Below, piece after piece: positions 50,452 through 62,646 of a stretch of DNA of 64,000 nucleotides (positions are counted from its first letter, which is position 1; every line of letters begins with the position of its first letter). Source of the DNA: Setoptus koraiensis (lineage: Eukaryota > Animalia > Arthropoda); assembly GCA_048013815.1 (NCBI GenBank), contig CM106586.1, positions 19,220,001 to 19,284,000 on the forward strand, in the 5' to 3' direction. The notes below the pieces were generated by a model. The model was not told the origin of the DNA and made no database searches. It worked only from the letters and a program-made list of their open reading frames with translations. Position numbers and translations under genes: made by a program.

Positions 50452-53400
50452 TTTTTGAACAGATCCACCAGATCTTCGGACTCTATGGACTCCATTCGAG
50501 CTCTAATGGACTATTCTCGAACAAACATAGGTTGAAAATATCTCTGTGTCACACATTAACTTTTCGACAATGTGCTTGACAGCGAAATATTTCTCATTCC
50601 ACACATACAAAATTTTTATTTTAATTTATACTATTAGCACATGTGAAAATATAAAAGTTCTACACTGCATATTGCAACAACAATACTATGCCCGATGCGA
50701 TCCATCCAATGAGCTATAGAATATGTATATTCGAATGGAATATATTGGTACAAGATTAAATGAGATGACGTTAATATAGACAAACCACATTCAATAATTC
50801 ACATAGTGAGATTCGCCCTCTTTCATGATATACAAACCATAGGCAAATTACCAAAAGTCACCGGGTTCACAGTGAAGATGAAAAGCGCTACATTATTGAT
50901 ATCATTCAGATCCTCCTCTATCGATGACAGTCGCCGGAGGTTCCAGCTACTCATGAGAGAATTGTAAGTTATCAGATTCTGTATGGCATGATAGATGGCC
51001 CTAAACTGGAAATGTGATCGGATGAAAAATGTGGATAGAATATGATATTAGTTATGGTCATCGGGCGACAAGAGAAATTTGGAGATAAGATGACCCGACT
51101 TCCTCACACCATTACATCTCACCCACTAGCCCGGCCTACAATTTGACCTCCAAAGCATGCTTCATTACTATTGGAGGGAAGTTATAGGCAAACTAGGCGT
51201 GAGACTAGAGAAAACGAAAAGAATACAAGATGGCGTGTTGTGTCTGACAAGGTTTTGAGGTTATGCGGGCCAGATGAGCAACGGTGATGACTTTCTACGC
51301 TAGGTTATACAAGATAGGGTCACAATAACAGGTAAACGAATGAATCGTATCAAGATAATCACCTTAGAATGGACAAGAGCTGCAAAATGACAGAGGACTA
51401 AGATGGGAATTAGGTATCCTTGCAACAGAATGAAGATCATTTGAACTTCCAAAAGGCTCAAGTTGGGCAACGAAATGAGCGCCGCCAGAGTCAATATAAC
51501 ACATGGCAACTTGAAAAGAAGTTCCAAGTTTAGATCGAGCGTGCAACGTCGCCTTAGAAGTTCGAATTCCGAGCGTAGCTCTATAATCATCCTGACGAGT
51601 ACATCTATTTTTTCGGCTAGATCACTCAGTATCGGACTTGTTTCATCTCTATCAATAATTGTGTCGTCCAATATGCAATTATTCTGGACGGGAGACTCTT
51701 CTTCGTTGATCTCGTAGTCTTGGCTAGCTTGATTGTTTCCGTTCGTGTTGATCTTCACAGAGTACGGTATGCGGTAGCTCGAAGTTAGCCTTCTCTTGGA
51801 CCTATACGATTCAATTAACTGTAGAGAAAAATTGAGCGTATGTTTAGCTTTGCTGAAGCAGACTCCACAGTGAAGTTCAAAGATTGCGATCTCCTCAAAT
51901 TGGAACATTATGTTTATGCAAGCGAGGATCATGGATAAACACGGTGAAAGACGCCGCTTGACGAATAATAACAATGTACTGCCACTATAGCGAAACTCAG
52001 TCGATAAAATGATCCCTATCAGTACTACGCTGACCCATATTATCATCAGGAAAGCAAATAGAAACCATTGAGTTCCGACTCTCAGCGACTCCAGATCGAC
52101 TATATGGGGGGACCCTTTTACTAGAAGCTGCTTCGGAAATTTCAGCTGATAATTGATTTCGCGGAAGTCATCGTCAAAATCGAACAAATTTTCCTTGCAA
52201 ATCGCTCGTGCCGAAAATGTCGGGTTATTTATAATGAATGAATCACAACCGCGGACATCAACATGACGACGCTGATTACAATTCACATAGAAAAATTGAC
52301 CTCGATGTCCCTCATTCATCGATGAGATAGCTCGACAGCTTCTCTTATTATGCGCCTTATCTCTACTTCGGACTTTATCCGTCAGACCTAAAATATAAAT
52401 CCAGGCTCTGGGTGTCAAATCGAGACAGTTCATGTATGCATATCCCAGATATTGCCGTTCAGTCTTCTTCCTCATGTTTGCGATGATGTTCCTGGTGCGA
52501 AACAGGTAGACTTCTATGAGAAGTATCGCCATAACTCTGTTCATCAATTGAGAGAAACTATAGGGAGCAAACATGTCGACCAAATATTTCTCTTCTAATG
52601 CAGCAAAGCAACTTTTGCTGCCAAAACCGCGTACCATCGTAACGAATAGGAAGTAGAGTCCAATTAGATAATCGAGTGCTACCCATATAAAATAGCTCGG
52701 TTTTAGATGTCTGTTTTTCAAGTATAAAGCTACACGAGCCCTCATTGTATCGAGCAGTGTTCTCTTCTTCGCTTCCAGGTTAGCGTGTGGCGCCCCTTCT
52801 TCGTCCTCATGAGAGCCCAAAAGATTGCCCGAGCCGTTTAGAAATATGACGATGAAAATTGAAGGCCAAAATACATTGAATTTGATCGAATCCATCACAT
52901 TAATATCCGCTTTCTTAGAATATAAACGACCATGAATATGTTGCAAATCTTTCTACATTTCAGAATCTTGTGCATCACTTGCAAACTCGTAAACTCTCTT
53001 CTCCAGTTTTCTAACTGTTTCTACTTGAGTTACACTTTATACGACGGATTTTACCGCGTATATCAGACAGGTAAGAATATACCTTATAAATCAGCGAGAT
53101 AAATGTCAGAATTGCGCTTCAATGGACCATAAATTCTCTGTCTCTGAATACTTTTAGTTCTAGCGATTGCACGCACGAAAATGCACATCAGCTATTGCCG
53201 TCTCGTGACTGCCAATATTCATGTTTTGTGTCTCCTTCGTCCTTGGTCTCTCGAAAACTATCTTGTTGTTGCATGTGTAGTGTAAAAACTTGGGCCAAAA
53301 CACTGCACTGTGACATTTGTATGGAATCTCTCAGGTTTTTCGGATTGAAAGAGAGCGGCCACAATGTATCAGGAACAGTGGGACCGAATATCTTTGAGAT

Positions 53401-53465
53401 AGTCATGGTAAGCACGACATCTTGGTCAATCATGGTCTGGAATTTTCTGGCAAAACTAACATTTA
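50452..53465 (-). repeat. Right arm of the ~3 kb inverted segmental duplication
   Basis: Reverse complement of ~42420-45409; carries ~110 bp extra in intron 1 near 51130-51230. Confidence 0.9.
50660..52946 (-). CDS. Gustatory-receptor-like 7TM chemoreceptor, copy B: complement(join(50660..50713,50838..51005,51363..52946)), 601 aa
   Basis: Same splice sites conserved; C-terminus VHSK|FRAIYHAIQNL...FGNLPM|LIGWIASGIVLLLQYAV*; three in-frame deletions (7, 10 and 2 aa) relative to copy A. Confidence 0.7.
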
Positions 53466-54418
53466 ACATTCCCCTAATTTCTTTTTCACGTTTTTGTATT
53501 GTTGTTCTTGTTTTTCAATCAAGGATTTTTGCACAAAAAAACAGAAATCGTTTAGGCAAGAGGAAACTCAATAACTACTATGCAATATACCGTCTCAATA
53601 CATATGATCGCACGATTCATCTCGCTCTGATTCTTTTTTTTTTCGATACAGCCATCAAGGATCTTCTGCGGCTCAAAAGAGAGGATTTCATTGGTGGTGA
53701 TTGCTTGTTAATGAAGGTCGTTATCAGCAGCCAGGCGTCTATTTCGCCATCTTGATTTTTTGCCCCAAAGACGAACTGAGAAGGAATCCACTCAACAGGA
53801 GACTACGAGAAAACTGCTACATACTAGAATTGCGCCATCGGATGGAACTTTCTCCGATAACAATTCTAATGGGCGACCTCACATACTTTTCCGCTATTTT
53901 CCCGGATATTTTCAGAATAACCGAATGCTTGTGGTGCAGCCGGCATAAATGATTGCAAAAATCAGTGAGTGGTGTCCGATAGAAGGTCCGGCACTAGTTA
54001 TTTCAAGCGTACAGCATGGTTTGGGGCCTCAGTTATTGCAACGCCGGCCAAGTTGAGTTAGTTCGTTTGAATATACATCTAAAATTGTCGATAGAAGCAA
54101 TCATTTGTCACATGATTGTGCGCACTGGTCGCGGTGTGTTGAAAGAGATTTTCTAAAAATAATTCAGTCAATAAAGAATAACTCGAGAACAATGAGACTT
54201 TCTGCAAAAATACTTGTCTTCTCTGGCTGTTCCGTCAATCGTTACTCTCATATTGCCTGCGATATCCCCTCTCGTGTCGTGTGGAAACTTGAGACATTGA
54301 TTCTATCAATATATTAAGTATATCTGTTCATTTTCCACCGCTTACTACCAACAAACAGTTTCTAATCTGAGGCCGTTTCGGAGATAAAACCAACATTTGA
54401 TTGACGACACACGAGACA

Positions 54419-55108
54419 ATGTTACAGAAAATTTATGGAGCGGCCAGGCTGTTAACCGCACTGATGATTTCAGCAAGTTTGGTACAACTGCCTTATTGTG
54501 CCAGCGGAGAGAAAGACAAATTGAAATCGCAAGTAGAAACCATAAATCAAAAAGTTGAAGAATGGTACCAAAATGAATTGGGTTCAGGGAGAAAGGTTGA
54601 GCGAGCCCGAGGTTTTATTAGCGAGGCCCAGCGCCAAAGCCAACAACAGCACTGGCCTCGACAGATGATGAAGGTTTTACAAGTGGCCACAGGAGCACCT
54701 ACATCGGGTGCCATTGATATGGATAAAGTTCGTCGCATCGTTGGCGGTTTGCAACTGAATCGCTACGAGGAGGAAATGCAATTCAATGTTAACCTGTTGA
54801 GGTATTACACTCAAGAATTTCCTCTCGGAGACAAGTTGGATAGACATGAGGATTTGTGTGGGCCGTTCAGACAGCAAGGTAACGGCCACTTCAATTTCAG
54901 CGCGGCCATCAAGAATCTTTTGCGTATTACAAGAGAGAATTTCATCAATGATGATTCGTTCATCAAGGTGGTTGTCGACAGTGAGGCGGCTATTTCGCCA
55001 TTGTATTCGGCCACGTTGATTTGCCGTCATTTAGATGAACGAAAAGGAATCCATCTACCAGGAGACTATGTGAAAACTGCAAAATACTGGCCTTATGCCA
55101 TCGACTAG
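54419..55108 (+). CDS. Orphan ORF (229 aa from the ATG at 54419), possibly secreted; weak TRAF/MATH-like C-terminal segment
   Basis: Open 690-nt frame in AT-rich DNA, hydrophobic N-terminus (ARLLTALMISASLVQLPYCASG), FINDDSFIKVVVD resembles the last MATH strand. Confidence 0.35.
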   Translation: MLQKIYGAARLLTALMISASLVQLPYCASGEKDKLKSQVETINQKVEEWYQNELGSGRKVERARGFISEAQRQSQQQHWPRQMMKVLQVATGAPTSGAIDMDKVRRIVGGLQLNRYEEEMQFNVNLLRYYTQEFPLGDKLDRHEDLCGPFRQQGNGHFNFSAAIKNLLRITRENFINDDSFIKVVVDSEAAISPLYSATLICRHLDERKGIHLPGDYVKTAKYWPYAID

Positions 55109-55532
55109 ACAACACCCTGAAAAAGAAAACCATTGAGCAATCTCATCTTATACTTTTCAGCTACCCTTACAGACATACATGTAAGATTAGAATGGCTGTT
55201 TAATCAGGATAAATTATCGCAGTTAATTGGCTTCTCTGGTCGCTCGACAACTGTTTCGTACGATACACAATGTCTCAGTAAGTGAGCAGTTTTGTTTTCT
55301 GTTTGCCACTTCCCCAAATCTGATTCAGGGACAGGTAAACCGTCCCATTTGTTTGCCGGGAGTAGATCTCTCTTTGGCCAAAAATCCAGTATCAACTTGT
55401 TGTCACTGCTTCAACGAGGGCCCAGTGCATTGTTGCTCGAATTGACAATGCGATAACGATACGCAGTCTCTGTCTAGGCACAACAATTCACATATCAGCT
55501 TGGAGCTCAACAGATGCACCTCCACATTTTAG

Positions 55533-55867
55533 TCCATAGTTGATTTGCTCGGGCTCGTTTCTTATCCTCTCTGTAGAATTCGACATGAAATGCGTCAGGT
55601 ATTTGTTAAACGTAATGAAAAAAAAAAGTTGCGATATTCACTCTGATACTGCTGCATAGGTTTTCATCGATGACAATTACTACCAACGCAGAGATGCACT
55701 ATCTACATCCGGCGTAGATCGTGTCTAGATAGTTGAAAGCATCAATTGTTACGTGAAGCATAGTTATTCCGAAAAAGTGTCTTTAGTGTCGATTCGTCGG
55801 CCATAAATGTTGAGAGATGAATGACATGCATCAATTATATTTAAATAACTACAATAACATTCAATAG
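55533..55867 (+). repeat. Inverted copy of the intergenic region 62672-63019 (upstream of the PAN gene, downstream of GANAB)
   Basis: Reverse-complement match, roughly 85% by eye, including the CACTATCTAC/GTAGATAGTG hairpin (62820-62846 vs 55697-55723). Confidence 0.85.
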
Positions 55868-55991
55868 CTAATGCACCCAACTCGGTAGAGTGTCCACAGT
55901 GATTTCGGGTGTCTCAAGCTTTGGAACATCACCATCATAATGCAACAGAAAGAGCTAACTTGTACTGTTCAGTTCAGTTCAACTATCAGTT

Positions 55992-56632
55992 GTATCAGGT
56001 TCGAGAGTCTTTGTTCTATCAACGTAAAGATTTCCATGAGCATAAGATTTGTCGTTGTATTTACCCAAGACAATATCTAAGGTGATGGGATCTTTGATTG
56101 CTAAATCTAGACTGCGTCTCATTCTGTAATGCCTCGGTATAATAGTTCCGGCTCTTTGGAACAGAGGTATCGTTGAGATGTCAACAGGCATGTGTACAGT
56201 TTGGCCACCATGGTACAAGACGAAATTGTTGAGATCAAACCAAGCATTGACATCTTTCTTGCCAGGCAGATACACATTTACAGACTGAACACCCTTCTCC
56301 ATGACAGGTTTGACCAGTAAGGCGACTCCAAGACCATGCTGATCATCTAAATCAAATGTCTTCTCATCTTGTGGGTCATGGAACCAGTGTGGCCGTAGCA
56401 TGGGCATTCCTGTAAAATGTGATTCAAAAAATAATGTATACCAATAGGGTGCATAAGAGTATCGGAGTCTTATAGCATTCCTTAGGTGGTTTTGGGTCTC
56501 TTCGGAAAACATATAGGCCTCTCTTCTACGTGAATCGTGATGAGCATGAGCGCGGAAAAAAGGTTGAAAGGCACCAGCTTGAAACCATCTAATTACAAGT
56601 TCATCGGATTCTGGGTTTGAGAAGAATCCCAC
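55992..56632 (-). pseudogene. GANAB: Duplicated internal fragment of glucosidase II alpha, truncated at both ends
   Basis: 55992-56587 matches 63405-64000 with 3 substitutions that I could see. Homology starts at GFFSNPESDELVIRWFQAGAFQPFFRAHAH, downstream of the GH31 catalytic Asp motifs, and ends at LEPDT. Confidence 0.85.
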
Positions 56633-56635
56633 ACA

Positions 56636-56751
56636 TTGTACACATTGGTAGTGTGCGGGCAGTAAGGGCAGCACACTACACATTGGCCAACACCAGACTG
56701 TGTGATATCACATCTGTGTTCAAAACGTTGCTGCGAAATAAGGTACTGTTT
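56636..56751 (+). repeat. Shrunken relic of the region upstream of POLR3E copy 1 (39584-39838)
   Basis: 56676-56737 matches 39632-39693 and 56734-56751 matches 39820-39837, joined through a shared CGAA. Confidence 0.8.
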
Positions 56752-56787
56752 ACATTATTAATTGATAATTACATCGATTCAGCCTTT

Positions 56788-57982
56788 ATGTATCAGGGGA
56801 TGACCAACAAACCGCGTGTCGTTGCTAAGGTGAGTTACTGCTGTAAAATTATTGTAAAATTATCTTCTCTCATGCTAATAATTAATAATTTCTTTCTTGT
56901 CTTGCCTCTAGTACGACCTGTATTTCTCGAGCCATGAGGACGATTCACTATATCTGATGCGATTCCCGGCGATGAGGTCGCAACTTGAAAATGACTCAGC
57001 TGACATAAACATAAAATTCAAGTTGAAATCTCGACACTGCCAATTGGAAATCAGCGCCAACGAGGTCAAGTATTTTTATTCGTCAACAACATTCAAAATT
57101 GATGATAAACAACTAATGATCGGCAAGATCACTCCCGATCATAAGAATATACTGCTAAGCCCTGTTGATTACATCATGAACATGAGACCGGATTTTTCAC
57201 ACTTCGATCGCAAGGAAGAGGTGAACATAAAAGAGGAACTCGAAGCGGTCACAGTTAAATTTGCTGCCCCCGACAAAGTTGGATATTCTGCAAGACCAAC
57301 ATATATCGATGAATCCCTCTCCGAGGAGTACAAAATCTTCACGTACCACAGTAGTTACTCCAGAATAGCCGGTGTAGCTAGGCTCGACCTACTCAGAGAA
57401 AGAGAACCTGGTTGTGATGGTCACTTCATAAAACCAAGGGTTGAAAGTTTCTCGCCCAACAAGCCTTCCAGCCGAAAACAAGCCATCAGAGAGTGCCTTT
57501 TAAGAGCCAAAGTGGCTAGTTTTGATGATATATGTGTTCATATACAGAAGTACGCTCAATTGACAGCCGATCAAATTCTGCCAACCTTAGAATCTTTCGC
57601 TGTTCTTGTGCGGGGTGTTTGGGTTGTAAAGAGCGAAATATTGTACACAGGTATAACAATCACTGAAGTGACTGGTATACCTGTGAATAATCTGATACTT
57701 GCCAGAGATTATTTACTATGGAGTTTTTGTGAATTTGACAAAAACTCCATAGTAAATAATGGCAAGATATCGAGAGCTGATTTTACGAACAAAGTGAGAT
57801 TACCTGATCACGATGTACTAGACTTATTGAGCCAGTTAGCTTCGCTAGACAGCATCAAAGGAATGTGGGAGTTCAAATTACCTACTGACAGTAACTTTAT
57901 TCAAAGCCACCAGGACATAGTTATGAGACAAAATTCATTTTGGCAATTGAGAAGATTCAATAAACTATCGAAGTTTTTCTAG
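56788..57982 (+). CDS. POLR3E: RPC5/POLR3E paralogue, copy 2: join(56788..56829,56912..57982), 370 aa, 57 aa shorter than copy 1
   Basis: Same exon 1 and phase-0 intron (82 nt), open frame to the same terminal codons (NKLSKFF*), at least seven frame-preserving deletions. Confidence 0.8.
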
Positions 57983-58019
57983 ATATCGCCACTTGCGCAA
58001 ATGGGAGCTCAGTCTAGTG

Positions 58020-61000
58020 TCAGATGTGTGCACGTCGCATGTCAATCAGTCGATTAATACGTTTCTGAATCGGTTCGGGACTATACCGAGGCACCATAAC
58101 GATGGCCACTCCGACCAGCAGACTGCAAACGAAACCAAATATCAAGACCCAAACAAATCCTGAGTGTGACACTGGCGTCACCTTGCCGGTCATGTTGTCG
58201 CCACCAAGGCTGATCAAGTTGTCGCGACCTCTTCCAATCAGAGCGTCTAACAAGACAGAAGAATAGTTACAATTAGAATTGTATGCCATTCAGTTAGTGC
58301 TAGTAGCTGCTGGCGTGACTCACTCACCTTTTCTCAGAGAATAAATGGAACATTCGGCGCTTGCAGTAAACAGTTTACTTATATTTTCGGCACTGTTATT
58401 GACACCGTTGAATATTTTACCATTTGCAATAATGCAACTCTGCCTCTGTATCGAGTTCAATTTTGAAAAGTAACAAAATTCAAACGTACTGCAATCCGTG
58501 TGCTCCTCGATACACAACCGAGCGCATTCCTTTAGATCGACTCCTGTTAGCACCTCCAACTGGACCTTGTAGAAAGTGGTCTTCTCGAACTGCCTGTTCT
58601 CTAATTGTTGAAAATCGGCCAGAATTGAACGGTCATAATGGTCGCATCCAGTCATCTTGGGCTGCTGCTTACTCGTGGCTACCTTATTGTTTATCATTTG
58701 ATCATTCTTTTGAAACCTGCCAGCCACATTAACAGACTCCATGTCTCTGTCGCGAGCCTCGTGTAAAAGGCACGAAGGCAAGCTATTTAGAACAGACCCT
58801 CTGGGTTTTGGGTCTGTCGATGCAGCAGCTCTTGGGGAACTGCAATAATCAAACGATAGACAACGGAATTGTGTCTCCGAGACGCACAAATGGGCGCAAT
58901 TCGACGCACTCACCGCCTCTCTTTCTGCCTTGTATCTGATTGGACGGCCAACATTTTCAAATTTGGTAAACTTAGTTAAAAAGTCTCTTTGGGCAATAAA
59001 ACATCCCGTGTCTTTCTCGGAATTGGTCTCGATTGTGGGAGAGTCTTCGAAATCGGTGACGACGCAATGGTTCTCGATTGAACAATACGACAACGATCGA
59101 CAGCCTCTGTCTACGCACAACAATGAACACTGTTCGTATGTCTGATGGGACAAAACAAGTGATCTCTTATCGAACATCATCTTGAAGCGTCTCCCCATGA
59201 TAGCGAGATGGAATTCGGGCACATAAACTAATCACATGAGCACATAGATTGGGGCCAGATATCCGGTTTAAGATGAGAAACGCAAGAAGGTAAGAAAAAT
59301 GTTGGCACTCTGTGTCAAGTCTGTATACAGGGAGAGCAAGGCAGTGACTTACGACTGTCTGTGTCCAAATCAGATGGAAATAGCTCAGACATGGGGTCCT
59401 GTTCGATTTTGAATTCGCTTGGCGTCAATATAACCTGACCATGGACACGAAACAACAAAGTGCGTTTTCAAGAAAATAACTCGTTAGTAAATTGATTATG
59501 TCAATTGGGCTTGTTTCATAAACTAAACACAACTTACCAGGAAGTTTTCCAGCTCCAACAGTAAAGTCATTGCGGGTGTATCGTATTTATACATGTATAG
59601 TGCCACTTGGGCAGCATACTCGCTAATGGCGTTAGAGCGGGCCTCTTTGTCGCTGTAACTGTCCCCATTTGGGCCCTGTAAGAGTTCCTCTGGGCTTGGC
59701 GGCAGTGAATAGTCGCCGTAATTGTCGTGCTGCAATTGTGATAATATCTCTTGCAGCGACAATGGCTCGTCGTCGCCATCTATTTCCGCCATACTGTTGT
59801 TGTCAGTGGTCTTTGTGTACACGGTGCACTCGTTAGAATCAACCAAATCTACTATGCCATTGTTATTACTCGTGGATGATTTCGATCTCAAGACCCGTGA
59901 TGTAATCTTGCAGGCAAAAGTTTGACAATAGCTGAATGTTTGACACGAATATAGTTTACACAATTCGTTACATTGTTGCTCATTTGCAGCTACTTCAAGA
60001 CGATCGTCTGCAGCCACCAGAAAGTCTTTGTTCTTCTGGCTCGCATATTGATCTAATGATATTGTGATAATGTGACAAGGTGAAATTGATTCGTGAGCAG
60101 GGGCCGAAATAAGAATATATTTTCGCAAATAAAACTGTAGGCAATTTCGAGTCTGGCTTACTTACAAATTTTTGATGGTACGTCCAATAATTTGGTTCTG
60201 ACAATCATATAGAAACTGTCGAATGTTATCTCCAGATATGGCATTCGAATAAAGTCTAGCCTCAGATTGAAGCTGTACCTCTCATAGAAGTAATCCTTGA
60301 GATCGTAGATATCACGTGATAATATCTCACCAAGTTTAGCAGATACTGGATATTTTATATCGATCCAAGCGTGGGACTTTTTATCTTGATAGCAATCGCT
60401 AATATCAAACAATTCTGCCATCTCTTGTCGGGAAGTTAATCTAACATGGTCCAAAATCTTAAAATTGTATACGGTCTCTATTTTGGTCCTTTCCTTGTTA
60501 TAGACGTACATTTTTACCCCAGATAATCTTGGCTCGATGTACGATGTCTTTGTGGTGAGTGATTAATTTATGTCAGTTGTGTAAATTCGACGCACGTTGT
60601 CATATACTGAATGTAAAATTTGGGCTCACCTTTTGATAGATACGAATTATAGAGCTGGGCTTGGACACAAGATTGGAGCCAGTCTTCTCGAACGTGATTG
60701 TGTATATGTCGTCAAACTACGTTGGAAAAATTCAATGGAAATTTACTATTTAAATGTTAGCTGTGCTAGATGTGAGTGCATCATATATTGAATATGTAAA
60801 TATCTACAGTTACCCACTGGTTGTCTGTATTCGGAGATAAAATTAAAATTTGTTATGTCCTCCAGAATCTCTTGTAGGGTAATTTGGTTCATGTCGAGTA
60901 AAATATCATTGCTGAATTCAATGGGAGTGTGGTAGATTTGATCATCTTCCAACTTTGTGATATCGCATTGATTGGAGTTCTTATTAATTGTGTATTTGAT

Positions 61001-62646
61001 ACCTGGAAATCAAAATAAAGTAAATAAATTGATGAAGTTTTGAGGTCGCTACAAGCTCGAAGAGTAGACAAAACCTACACATTTTGGTGCCGCTTACTGA
61101 CCAGTTTTGATATCACTGATGTACTTCCTATTGACCTGATTGGAACCGATGCATCGTTTAGCGTTGAGCAACAGTAACTGTTCTTTGAATCTAGTCACTT
61201 GTTTGTCATTGCCTCCATGGGTTTCATACATGAAAGCCTTGCCAATTTGAACTGATAGGGTGTCTGTTTTTTTGATTGGCTCAGCTTGGCTATAATCGAA
61301 CACTGTGGCGCTAACTTCCATATCGATTTTATAATTATCATCAAGCAGAGAGTAGTGTTTCAATAGGTGCTGTTCTATGTCAGGTGTTGGGCAACCGTAT
61401 CCTGTTGGCACTGAAAATTTTCTCTCTTCCTCTTCAGTAAAATAAAACTTTATTGACATAATATTGATGGTGTGAACTATTTCTTTTGTGTTTTGATCTT
61501 GAAATTGAACCAATTCGAGTGGCATCTTGTGAATTTCCTCGGGTTTCGGTGGGACTGACAGGGTTTTGTTTGATTCATGCGAGTTGTTTAGGCAATTGGA
61601 AAGGGTTAACAAATTAGAACAGCATTCTTTATGACTGAGAGATTATCATAGTACAAGTAGTAAACCATATAATGTACCCCTGAAATAGAGATGAATGTCC
61701 ATTTGTAGTTCGTCATCGGACATTGTCCAACGATAGGAAGACACTATTCTGTCCTTAATGGCAGAGTATATTCTCTCGGCTTTGGCAAATACCTATGTCA
61801 ACATTACGAATGAAGAGTTGTGATGAAAGAATTTTATACAATCCAGATCAATTGAAGAAGGCCCGGAGGAAGTAGCTCACCTTGTTCGCTCTCACTGCAT
61901 TCATCCATATGGCTGTGACACCAAATACGGGCAGAGTCTTTATGTTGTAGTCGCCATGCTCAAAAGCGTATTCGTGAACCCATTTGCCGATAAATCCAAG
62001 ACTTGGCAAGATCATACTAGCCGATGTGCTTCTAGAACATTTGAAAGGTTGATATCTATATATGACATCCTTCGTCCCGTCAATGAATGTTGATTGTTCG
62101 CCATGCTGATTATGGGTGGTAACAAACTCTTGACCCCCTTCAGCGTCCACATATTCATGTGTGGTATATCGAATCTGAATATATTAAATTGTATTTTATT
62201 TATGTCCATAAGGGTGTATATTAATTTAGCCATTGAGCTGGTTTTACTAAAGAAATTGACGGTGCGATTCGAATGTTAGCCATCGGTGTGGATTGGCTAA
62301 CAGACCCACGATGAATAAACTTACATTTGAATTTCTGATCATTTGAACATTTTCTGAAACAATGTGAATGTTTAGTTTGCTGGTACCACTTTGTAGATAT
62401 ATTGACGGGAAAGGAGGCTCGGGTACATCTATTTGGTAGTTGGAGATAAGATTGTGAGTTTAATTGTGCTGGATCGATATGGTGTCTAGTTGGAGCGTAA
62501 CTTTTGCAAGAGCAGATTTTGTCCAATTTTGTCTAGTCTGATCTGAGCTTTCTATTACCTTCGCCAGACAATTCTGCAGAAACTGTCGAAAAACTGTCCG
62601 CTATGTTGAAAATACAAAAAGTAATGTACCAAAAAACCGGTAACAT
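58020..62646 (-). CDS. Type I membrane protein with signal peptide, uncharacterised beta-rich N-terminal region, 4 PAN/apple domains and C-terminal TM; 12 exons, 1143 aa
   Basis: Exons 62559-62646, 62325-62428, 61881-62174, 61678-61792, 61102-61554, 60818-61002, 60630-60716, 60166-60547, 59538-60052, 59353-59434, 58328-59227, 58020-58246. All introns are GT-AG, phases are compatible and the total of 3432 nt is open. PAN signatures C...C.....C.(S/T)F.YC; TM GFVWVLIFGFVCSLLVGVAIVMV. Confidence 0.75.

Noticed and set aside
54728-54750. RIVGG in the orphan ORF as a protease activation site
   Set aside because: No His, Asp or Ser catalytic motifs follow.
55697-55728. Hairpin followed by CTAG as a Helitron 3' end
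   Set aside because: CTAG lies only 1 nt from the hairpin and is followed by A rather than T. No 5' TC end or Rep/helicase remnant was seen, and the hairpin also exists in the parent intergenic region.
55979-56683. 234-aa ORF as a functional glucosidase
   Set aside because: GTG start in non-homologous junction DNA, and it lacks the GH31 catalytic residues and the C-terminus.
56788-57982. POLR3E copy 2 as a retrocopy, or its deletions as spliced-out cryptic introns
   Set aside because: It retains the intron and upstream relics, there is no poly-A tail, and the largest deleted segment, tested as a GT-AG intron, does not give the observed junction.
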